A stretch of DNA of 58,902 bases. It comes from an uncultured Planctomycetia bacterium (GTDB taxonomy: Bacteria; Omnitrophota; Gorgyraeia; JABMRJ01). The stretch is from positions 1 to 58,902 of the forward strand of contig CAZKWI010000001.1 of assembly GCA_964556455.1 (NCBI GenBank). Direction: 5' to 3'. Under the pieces are notes generated by a model. It made no database searches, had not been told where the DNA came from, and worked only from the letters and a program-made list of their open reading frames with translations. Position numbers and translations under genes: made by a program. Position 1 is the stretch's first letter. Each line of letters opens with the position of its first letter. This document shows, piece after piece, positions 1 to 6,794 of this stretch.

Positions 1-3000
1 TAATATTTCCCGGGCATTCTCGTCAGCTTTTTTTCTTTGCCAGGGGGTCATGGAATCTTTCGGTCCGCCTGTGAGCCAGTCTGGAGTCGCATGCTTATGT
101 TCTTTGGTCTCAAGTGGCTCTTTAAACACAAATCGGTATTCCTTCTCCCCCGCGCCATCGTCAGCATTGCTTACATTGAACCATGCTGCTTGAGCTTTAA
201 ATCTATCGTGGCTTATCTCCACTACATCAGGCCTGTTACCTGCTCCCCTTGCGAGTTCTCTACGCGTCTTTTCTATATTGAGCAGTGCTTTTACATAAAT
301 AGGCCTTGCCCTTTGAGCAGCGTCCCGGGTGAGAGTGATAAGACATCTGTTCGATTCAAAGAAATTGTCCAGCACATCCGCTGTCATTGCCTCAGGCATT
401 AGCCTTAGGCTCCAGTAATACGCGATTGAGGCGATATTGATATGCCTGTATCCATCACCTCTTTCGAATTGCGCAAGGTTGTCGCAGTATCCCATTTTCA
501 GATGGCCCCGTATCTCATGGATAGCTATGGAATAGACTATGCTTGAGACAAGATTCGATTGCCTTCCGTTCCGCTCGCCTCTGATAGGTATGTGGTGATA
601 GTCGTTCTTAAGCAGGAACGCTATCAGGCATACAAAGGCTGTGTTTATAGCAAGATATTCTACTTTTCCTTTTTCGTCTCTTACTATCTTTGCTGTTATC
701 ATGGGGTCGGCGTCGAATGACTCGACTTTTAATTTCACATCTATCTTTTTGGATTCGTCTTTATTCTCATTTCTCAGTATCTCTTTAAAGATAGGTATAA
801 TGCCTTTGAAATGCTGAACAGTCCCTCTTCCGCCATATCCATTCTTAAGAGCCTTATTGTAAAACTTACCGCCTTTCATATTGCCGCGGTGGCGGTGATT
901 GAGGCATTCGCGGTCATCCACTACTATGGGTACAAACCTCTTATTTTTTAATGTAACGGCATTTTTGCCCCTTTTCTCCACGGTCCCCGGCTGCAGAAAC
1001 GCCCGAAAGTTCATCCCGCCTTCATTGGCCTCCGGCGGCGAGAGGATGGCTTTGACCTCGGCTATGGCCAGTTTTCTTTCAGCCCTTGTGCCGCCCGTGG
1101 CGAGGATGGTCACTGTATCATTTTGACTTACAGACAAAAACAAAAGGTTCGTGCCTGATCCGGCAGGCCTTGAATCTAGGCCTTTAATTATCTCGATCTC
1201 AATTCCCTTGCGCCGGTATTGTGCGACGATCTCTTCCATGGCATCCATTGAATCCTGGTGTATCCCATACGGGTCTGTTACCTTAACATCCGCTGCAGTA
1301 GCATAGAGGCTGTGGGCCTTCTTCTCCTGGTAGCGGTCTGTGTAATTATCATCGTAAAGCTGGCTGTAAACGGCCTCTGATTCAGTGTATCTTTTGGCAT
1401 CTCTATCCATTCCGAGCATTTCATAAGCGTTGGAAAGATGCTCAAATCTCGCCGTGATATTTATGTGTATATCAGGCATATGGAGATACCTTTCGCATAT
1501 GATCTTTCTCGCTGCGAAAAATGCTATGGGGAAATCATGCTGATGGGTCTGAATATCTCTATATTCATCCATGAGTGCCTGTGAAATCCCGGCTGCCGCG
1601 TGAGAATCAGATGTTGAGGCGATCAACGCGTAATCTATCACTTCTTCTGCGTATTTGTAGATAGATCTATCAGCCGCAAGGAGTCCATTGAGCGCCCTCC
1701 TGATAGCAGTCTCTTTTGATATTCTCTCTTTGTTGTTGCCGGTTAATTCCATCCTATGCAGGTATCGCATTACAAGTAAAGTCACTACCACACCCGCTGC
1801 GAAAGCCCCCAGGAGGCCGAGGGCGTATATCCAAGTGCCTACTCCTGTGATCACAAGGACAGATGCAATATCCCATGACCCGCGGCGGGGGTGAGATCGA
1901 TCTCTTTTGGATGGCTTATCAGTCTTTAATGCCTCCTCGAGCCCGCTCAGGAATGCCTCCAGCCTCTTCTTGCCCTCCTCGATAGTGAGTAGCATATGCA
2001 GGTCCCTGTGCGGCTCTACTGAGTTCATGAACTTCCTCGATAGAAATTGTGTAATAAGCGGATCGGATAGGTTTAGCACTGTGACCGTGTCAAGAATGTC
2101 ATTCAGGACATCCCTGACAGATATATTTATTAAATAGTTCTCAGTTGCAGTAGACTGAAATTCGACGCTTTTATAGATTTCATCCAAGGTGCTGAGTCTG
2201 TTTCGGGTCTCTTCCAGCCACTCTCGAAGCATGTCTCTGTCTTTCCCGGGGATGGCATTGAGTTTTATAAAGCCTGTTTCGTATATCGGTCTTACCAAAA
2301 GAACATACCGGCGGAAGAAGAATGTTAAATATACGACAGAAATAAATATGACTACTAAGAATGTGCTTCGGACAATATCATTGTCAGATGTTACTTCTAA
2401 TAAAACAATGATAAAGGGCAGTATTGCGTTTACAAAGGCCGCCGTACGCAGTTTTGCGTATACCTCTCTCACTATGTCGTATGATTTCAGCTCTTCGTGC
2501 ATGTCAAATCCAACCCAGGTTATATGTATAATTTTAGCAAAGTAATACATAAGCGGCACCATCGCCCCTATTACTAACACCATTGCCGACAAAGCATATG
2601 CATCTACCCAATCCACCACCGCAGGGAAGAACCCGCTTACGCCCATAAGGCTGATGATCACCCCTAGCCCCACGATCACAAGGATAGGCACAATATCCCA
2701 TGACCCGCGGCGGCGGAAGATCCGTTTTTTATGTTTGCGTTTAGCGCGGGGTTTTTTGGAGGGTTTTTCTTCCATCAGCGCATTGAACGTGTCTACAGCC
2801 TCCTTTATGCTCACGATGCCGGCCTTTTCCACGATCTCATCTATGCGCTCAAGCACCTCTACTGAAAAATCCAGGATCCTCAAGATCCCGGCTTGCGCTT
2901 TAGGGAGCGCCTCGGATTCTCCGAGATTGCCTATTTCGGTATCGCTCACCTCAAATACAGGGTCTTTGAATATCTCTGACATCTCCTCATTCATCTTTTC

Positions 3001-6000
3001 AAGCCGCTCGCTCAATAAGGCCAGCCTGGCAAGCTCATAATTTTTATCGGGCCCTGTATCCCAAATATGTTCTTCCACCTGTTTTTGCGTGCGGAGTAAG
3101 AATTCTTTTGTCATCGCATACAGGGTATTCTTGCACATATGTTTTAAGGCAGCAGGAAAAAGTTTTTCGAATCTTCCAGCCATCTCATCCTTGTAAGAAT
3201 CTATTTTTTTCTCCATAGCTTTCATGCCGGACATCGATATATAGGCATAGTTTATGACCTGGCCTATCGCCTGGATGCGCTTCATCATTCCCGCAAGCTT
3301 AAGTTGAAATTCCTTTATCATGCGGGCATACCGCGAGCTGCCGCCTTTTTTAAGGAGTTCTTGATCGAGCTCGAGTGCGTAATTCTTCAGCTCTATTAAC
3401 TTGGAATTGAGATATTCGATGTATTCTCTCGGCTTCTCTTCCCATTCCGTAAACCGCATGCCCTCAAGGAAGGTTTTTGTTTCGGGATATATCTTATTGT
3501 AGTAGGTATCATTAAACTTTTTCCTTGTAGCCTTCAATCTTCCGTATTCTCTCACCCTCCAGAAGTTAGACCAGGTAAGCACTATCAGAAGCACCGCTAT
3601 CACGGTGCGCGATACAAGGTCCTGCCTGTCCGCTGCGGCAAGATGCTCTCCGAACGCCTGCAAAAACGATACGATCTCGGGCCAGAATAACACTATAACA
3701 GCCGCTACGGCAACTATGGCGATTATTACGGGGGCCTGTGTCTTTGCGGTTTCGCGGCCCGGGGGGTGTTTTACAGGCGGGGCTTCCGAGGGCTTCCCGC
3801 TTTCAAGGAAAAAGCGCGCGCCTGTATCCAGGTGACGCCTGTCCCAGACTAATATACTGTTTTCCTCCCCTATGCGAGTAACAAGTGCGCTCTCATCATC
3901 CGCAACCTGCTCAGCTGCTTCACGTTTCGGTTCTTCTGCCTGTGACGCTGCGGTCTCAACTGTCTTTTTATCCGGAAGAGTAACAGTTCTTGCTATAGTG
4001 GAAGATGCCGGTTCTATGTCGAGTTCGTCTTTGAGCTTTGCCAGCATCTGACTTCTTTTAGCGAGCCTTCCATCTTGGCTTTCTACAGTGGAAGTCCTTG
4101 CCGGCCTGGCGTCTTCAGTCCGTAGTTTTTCCAAGAGACCATCCAGCATACCTTCCAGGGAGTCTGTTGAGATGTATGTTCTGTCATCAAGCTGGTTTTG
4201 TGTTATTACTTTGTTTTTGAGGTCTTCGGCTTGCTTTTGTCTGTGGGCTCTGAGCCATACGGTCTTTACCCTTCTGAGGTCATGTTCATCTTGTTTAGCG
4301 TCTATGAGGCATTTGTATATGCCTTTTCTGAGCCACTTCTTGGTCTCTTCTTCGGTGTAAACTCCTTTGTTCTGTATGAAGTGGGAGTATGTGGCTATGT
4401 GGTAGTCTCCTTTTTGGAGAAGTTCTTTATAGGGGGTTATTTTCTTTGTAAGGATAGCTACATAAGGCCTTTTGGGGGAGTCTTTGTCGAATTTGGGTAA
4501 AAGGACTACGTAAGATGTCTTATTGTTCTTTAGGACTTCTGTCATACCTTTTGTATGGAAGCCTCCTGTTACAAGGGCGGCTACATTCTGGTCTTTACTT
4601 CTCATCTTATCTATAGTGTTATTTATAAGGGCCTTGTCTCTTTCTAAGGCTAGCTTATAGAAGTCTATGGCTTCGTTGAGTGACGAGAAGAGCTTAGTTA
4701 CTTTGTCATCCTGAGGAGCCTGGGATGCTATGTAGGGCGACGAAGGATCTATACGTAAAGATTCTTCGCTTCGCTCAGAATGACAACGGATAAACTCTGT
4801 GAACTTAGCTGGATTAAATGAGTCTATGTTATCCAGGAGATACTCTAACCTTCCGTTTGTGAGGGAGATGCTGAAGAGATCCTTAAGTATGAGGGCTTCT
4901 TTCTGGAGGTGGTTTAGGGTATGCTGGTCCTGCGATGTAAATAGGCCTTCTTTTATCTTTTCTTCAAAGAGCTCCATCTCACTGAATAGTGATTGGATGT
5001 CTATTGTTTCATAGAGCTTTACGTATTCAGCGTACTTTATGAGGTTCTCGTACTCACTGTCATCCCGAGGAGCTGTTGTCATCCTGAGCGAGCCTTCGCC
5101 TGCATCAGGCACTTTTCCTGTCATCCTGAGCGAGCCTTCGCTTGCATCAGGCGAGCGAAGGATCTTACCCTGTTCCCGGGTAAGATCCTTCGGCGGCTTC
5201 GCCGCCTCAGAATGACAAAGTTTCATTACATCAAGCAGATACGTATGGAACTCATAGTTCGATATCTTATGCATCTTGTACTGGAGACTCTTTAAGACAA
5301 GCGCTTCAAGGTCTTCTTTGGGGAGGGTTTTTTTAAGGGAGTGGACGAGTAGGTCTCTTTCTTTATTGGCCTTTTTGAAGTCTATTGTCTTTTCTATTTC
5401 GATGGATCCTGATAGCTTGGAGAGGTTGGGATATAACCTGTCATCCTGAGCGAGCCCTTGTTTACACCTGGCGAGCGAAGGATCTTTACGTAAAGATCCT
5501 TCGGCGCTTCGCGCCTCAGAATGACAAAGGCTTCCCTCCATCTTCTCCCAGTACTCCTTGAACTCAATATCCCCTTCTTTGTAATCAGCGCTTGTCTTAA
5601 TAAGGTCTTTTACTTCTTCCGGGTATATCCTACTGGCTATTCTTTCAAGCTTATCTATGAGCGAGTCCACTATGGCTACATTCTCTTGCTTTGTAGCTAT
5701 ATTGGCCCTGAAGCTCTCAAGATGGTCCCTGTAGAGCTTATTGTCTTCTATGCCGTATAGCTGGACTTCCTTGTCCCCCACTATGCTGAAGAACTCCCCT
5801 GCTGATAGCTCGCCTTCTTCCATGAGGTAGTCTGCTGTGGATTTACGTATCTCTTCTATGGGGAAGGTCCTGAATATGGAGGTGTCTATGTAGCCGGATG
5901 ATCCTTCTAAGGCTACCATGGATAAGTTATATTCACGTGTTAATGTGTCTAATATATCGACTATGGAGTACTGGGCAGATAGAGAGTCGTGGGCGTCCTG

Positions 6001-6312
6001 TATGTTTATTATGACTTCATCAGAGCCCTGGATACTGATCTCTTTTGTGAGGGCCTTGTCTTGGGGTATGGTGAGGTTCTCTTGTATCTTGGGGTCTATT
6101 GCAGGCTTAACAGGCTGCGGGGTGGCCCCTCCTTGAGCCCAGGTCACCTGCTGCCAGCTGAAGACAATTATAAGTATGGTGCTAATAGCACGTATTATAC
6201 GCTTATATATGCTATTATTATTGCAATATATGTAAATGTAGTCATTATTGGCTGCAATGAATGCCGATCCGCTGCTATTCTGCTCTATTTTTTTTCTGTC
6301 CTGCGGGCTCAT
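1..6312 (-). CDS. Large multi-pass membrane protein, 3'-partial (at least 2,104 aa); ORF absent from the supplied track
   Basis: I read every plus-strand triplet in phase with nt 1 from 1 to 6318. None is tta, cta or tca (the minus-strand stops) until tca at 6319-6321. The first ATG is plus-strand cat at 6310-6312. The translation starts MSPQDRKKIEQNSSGSAF...KRIIRAISTILIIVFSWQQVTWAQGG and runs off the left edge at ...TPWQRKKADENAREIL. Several strongly hydrophobic segments are present. Confidence 0.8.
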   Translation of the reverse strand, partial: MSPQDRKKIEQNSSGSAFIAANNDYIYIYCNNNSIYKRIIRAISTILIIVFSWQQVTWAQGGATPQPVKPAIDPKIQENLTIPQDKALTKEISIQGSDEVIINIQDAHDSLSAQYSIVDILDTLTREYNLSMVALEGSSGYIDTSIFRTFPIEEIRKSTADYLMEEGELSAGEFFSIVGDKEVQLYGIEDNKLYRDHLESFRANIATKQENVAIVDSLIDKLERIASRIYPEEVKDLIKTSADYKEGDIEFKEYWEKMEGSLCHSEARSAEGSLRKDPSLARCKQGLAQDDRLYPNLSKLSGSIEIEKTIDFKKANKERDLLVHSLKKTLPKEDLEALVLKSLQYKMHKISNYEFHTYLLDVMKLCHSEAAKPPKDLTREQGKILRSPDASEGSLRMTGKVPDAGEGSLRMTTAPRDDSEYENLIKYAEYVKLYETIDIQSLFSEMELFEEKIKEGLFTSQDQHTLNHLQKEALILKDLFSISLTNGRLEYLLDNIDSFNPAKFTEFIRCHSERSEESLRIDPSSPYIASQAPQDDKVTKLFSSLNEAIDFYKLALERDKALINNTIDKMRSKDQNVAALVTGGFHTKGMTEVLKNNKTSYVVLLPKFDKDSPKRPYVAILTKKITPYKELLQKGDYHIATYSHFIQNKGVYTEEETKKWLRKGIYKCLIDAKQDEHDLRRVKTVWLRAHRQKQAEDLKNKVITQNQLDDRTYISTDSLEGMLDGLLEKLRTEDARPARTSTVESQDGRLAKRSQMLAKLKDELDIEPASSTIARTVTLPDKKTVETAASQAEEPKREAAEQVADDESALVTRIGEENSILVWDRRHLDTGARFFLESGKPSEAPPVKHPPGRETAKTQAPVIIAIVAVAAVIVLFWPEIVSFLQAFGEHLAAADRQDLVSRTVIAVLLIVLTWSNFWRVREYGRLKATRKKFNDTYYNKIYPETKTFLEGMRFTEWEEKPREYIEYLNSKLIELKNYALELDQELLKKGGSSRYARMIKEFQLKLAGMMKRIQAIGQVINYAYISMSGMKAMEKKIDSYKDEMAGRFEKLFPAALKHMCKNTLYAMTKEFLLRTQKQVEEHIWDTGPDKNYELARLALLSERLEKMNEEMSEIFKDPVFEVSDTEIGNLGESEALPKAQAGILRILDFSVEVLERIDEIVEKAGIVSIKEAVDTFNALMEEKPSKKPRAKRKHKKRIFRRRGSWDIVPILVIVGLGVIISLMGVSGFFPAVVDWVDAYALSAMVLVIGAMVPLMYYFAKIIHITWVGFDMHEELKSYDIVREVYAKLRTAAFVNAILPFIIVLLEVTSDNDIVRSTFLVVIFISVVYLTFFFRRYVLLVRPIYETGFIKLNAIPGKDRDMLREWLEETRNRLSTLDEIYKSVEFQSTATENYLINISVRDVLNDILDTVTVLNLSDPLITQFLSRKFMNSVEPHRDLHMLLTIEEGKKRLEAFLSGLEEALKTDKPSKRDRSHPRRGSWDIASVLVITGVGTWIYALGLLGAFAAGVVVTLLVMRYLHRMELTGNNKERISKETAIRRALNGLLAADRSIYKYAEEVIDYALIASTSDSHAAAGISQALMDEYRDIQTHQHDFPIAFFAARKIICERYLHMPDIHINITARFEHLSNAYEMLGMDRDAKRYTESEAVYSQLYDDNYTDRYQEKKAHSLYATAADVKVTDPYGIHQDSMDAMEEIVAQYRRKGIEIEIIKGLDSRPAGSGTNLLFLSVSQNDTVTILATGGTRAERKLAIAEVKAILSPPEANEGGMNFRAFLQPGTVEKRGKNAVTLKNKRFVPIVVDDRECLNHRHRGNMKGGKFYNKALKNGYGGRGTVQHFKGIIPIFKEILRNENKDESKKIDVKLKVESFDADPMITAKIVRDEKGKVEYLAINTAFVCLIAFLLKNDYHHIPIRGERNGRQSNLVSSIVYSIAIHEIRGHLKMGYCDNLAQFERGDGYRHINIASIAYYWSLRLMPEAMTADVLDNFFESNRCLITLTRDAAQRARPIYVKALLNIEKTRRELARGAGNRPDVVEISHDRFKAQAAWFNVSNADDGAGEKEYRFVFKEPLETKEHKHATPDWLTGGPKDSMTPWQRKKADENAREIL
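1766..3735 (-). other. Gene 2 membrane-spanning regions (segments at about 3559-3735, 2290-2715 and 1766-1888)
   Basis: APVIIAIVAVAAVIVLFWPEIVSF, TVIAVLLIVLTWSNFW, WDIVPILVIVGLGVIISLMGVSGFFPAVV, LSAMVLVIGAMVPLMYYFAKII, AAFVNAILPFIIVLLEV, STFLVVIFISVVYLTFFF and WDIASVLVITGVGTWIYALGLLGAFAAGVVVTLLVM. Basic clusters (KKPRAKRKHKKRIFRRRG, KRDRSHPRRG) precede two of them. Confidence 0.65.
4705..4784. repeat. Palindromic element copy A (GTCATCCTGAGG...GCTCAGAATGAC) inside the gene 2 coding frame
   Basis: Outer arms 4705-4716 and 4773-4784 match at 10 of 12 positions. The inner hairpin is cgaaggatct / agattcttcg (4741-4750 / 4759-4768) with loop atacgtaa. The frame stays open, and the translation is ...RCHSERSEESLRIDPSSPYIASQAPQDDK. 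Confidence 0.75.
5059..5216. repeat. Palindromic element copy B, with a triplicated left arm
   Basis: Left arms gtcatcc[ct]gag start at 5059, 5078 and 5120. The 32 nt at 5078-5109 recur at 5120-5151 with one mismatch. The inner stem is a perfect 14 bp, gaaggatcttaccc / gggtaagatccttc. The right arm ctcagaatgac ends at 5216. The frame is open, and the translation is LCHSEAAKPPKDLTREQGKILRSPDASEGSLRMTGKVPDAGEGSLRMTTAPRDD. Confidence 0.75.
5440..5525. repeat. Palindromic element copy C
   Basis: gtcatcctgagcgagc ... gcgcctcagaatgac. The inner stem is a perfect 12 bp, gaaggatcttta / taaagatccttc. The frame is open, and the translation is LCHSEARSAEGSLRKDPSLARCKQGLAQDDR. Confidence 0.75.
6140..6200 (-). 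other. Gene 2 N-terminal signal-anchor or signal-peptide-like segment
   Basis: KRIIRAISTILIIVFSWQQVTWA/QGGATPQP has a basic n-region, a hydrophobic core and an AxA-like TWA site. It is preceded by an unusually long stretch of about 36 aa. Confidence 0.4.
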
Positions 6313-6363
6313 ATTATCTCGTCAACGGGTTAATATCTTTTCTAAACGCTTAGATTGCCGGAT

Positions 6364-6400
6364 AAAAAAATAGGGCCTGGTTCCCCAATAGCCCAGACCC
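6364..6400 (-). terminator. Intrinsic-terminator-like hairpin plus U7 between the promoter candidate and the gene 2 start
   Basis: The minus strand reads GGGUCUGG-GCUAUUGGGGAA-CCAGGCCC-UA-UUUUUUU. The arms are 6393-6400 and 6373-6380, forming 8 bp including one G-U pair. The loop is 12 nt and the U-run is 6364-6370. Confidence 0.45.
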
Positions 6401-6443
6401 CCTAGTCTGCGAAACTTTATTTACTGCTTTACTAATTAAAAGA

Positions 6444-6472
6444 AGTATATCATATACAAAATCAAAAGTCAA
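6444..6472 (-). promoter_or_regulatory. Sigma70-like promoter candidate for gene 2 (TTGACT-N17-TATACT)
   Basis: The minus strand reads ggcTTGACTtttgattttgtatatgaTATACTtc. The -35 element is plus-strand agtcaa at 6467-6472. The -10 element is plus-strand agtata at 6444-6449. The spacer is exactly 17 nt. The site lies in an AT-rich spacer about 130 nt upstream of ATG 6312. Confidence 0.35.
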
Positions 6473-6564
6473 GCCTTAAATACTAGCTTTTTTAATATCT
6501 AATTTTATATATAAAATGTCTTTAGTAACTTTAATCCCTATACAAAAATCTAACTATTAGAAAA

Positions 6565-6773
6565 AAGGGGACGCCTCACTCGTCTTTAACGCATTATATT
6601 ATATAAAGTTATAGGAGTAGCCGGTACATGTTAGAAAAAATACATTAACTTTTGACATTATGGCTGGATTGATATGAGAGTATGGACAATGGGATGGGAG
6701 TGAAAAAAATGTACCTGTTACTATAGTAACTCGTTATGTTGTTTGGTGTAAGAGAGGAGTGAGGCGTCCCCTT
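6565..6773 (-). repeat. 17-bp perfect inverted repeat (6565-6581 / 6757-6773) enclosing 175 AT-rich nt, followed on the minus strand by a U-tract
   Basis: aaGGGGACGCCTCACTC at 6565-6581 is the exact reverse complement of GAGTGAGGCGTCCCCtt at 6757-6773. On the minus strand the second arm is followed directly by a T-run (plus-strand A-run 6561-6566, whose last two bases overlap the arm). The interior contains a 14-nt palindrome GTTACTATAGTAAC (6717-6730) and a 7-bp pair ggtacat (6623-6629) / atgtacc (6709-6715). The element starts 22 nt after the giant-gene stop. Confidence 0.5.
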
Positions 6774-6794
6774 ACATACCCTTACATACGTCCC

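Larger units (their letters stand above)
4400..6060 (-). other. Gene 2 N-terminal domain, possibly of the Tiki/TraB/ChaN-erythromycin-esterase-like superfamily (weak)
   Basis: EVIINIQDAHDSLSAQYSIVDILDTL...LSMVALEGSSGY near the N-terminus and QNVAALVTGGFHTKGMTEVL (4540-4593) resemble the paired [GE]xxH ... E ... GxxHxxG signatures of that superfamily. This is from memory only. Confidence 0.25.

Noticed and set aside
502-519. AIHEIRGHL in gene 2 as a metallopeptidase motif.
   Set aside because: The spacing is HExxxH rather than HExxH, and I recognised no supporting family features.
4705-5525. Repeated palindromic units that could be mistaken for a CRISPR array.
   Set aside because: There are only three copies. 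Their spacing is irregular (about 275 and 224 nt between copies) and their lengths differ (80, 158 and 86 nt). They have long hairpin structure, lie inside an open reading frame, and no cas genes are in the window.
37-6333. Plus-strand ORFs of 60-128 aa listed between 37 and 6333.
   Set aside because: All are fully overlapped by the uninterrupted 2,104-codon minus-strand ORF, which has membrane-protein features. The plus-strand translations (for example ...ISHDPRRG...) are reverse-frame readings of it.
6652-6678. Plus-strand TTGACA (6652-6657) followed by TATGAG (6673-6678).
   Set aside because: The spacer is only 15 nt and the -10 element is weak. The only thing downstream on that strand is the antisense of the giant gene. 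It also lies inside the inverted-repeat element.
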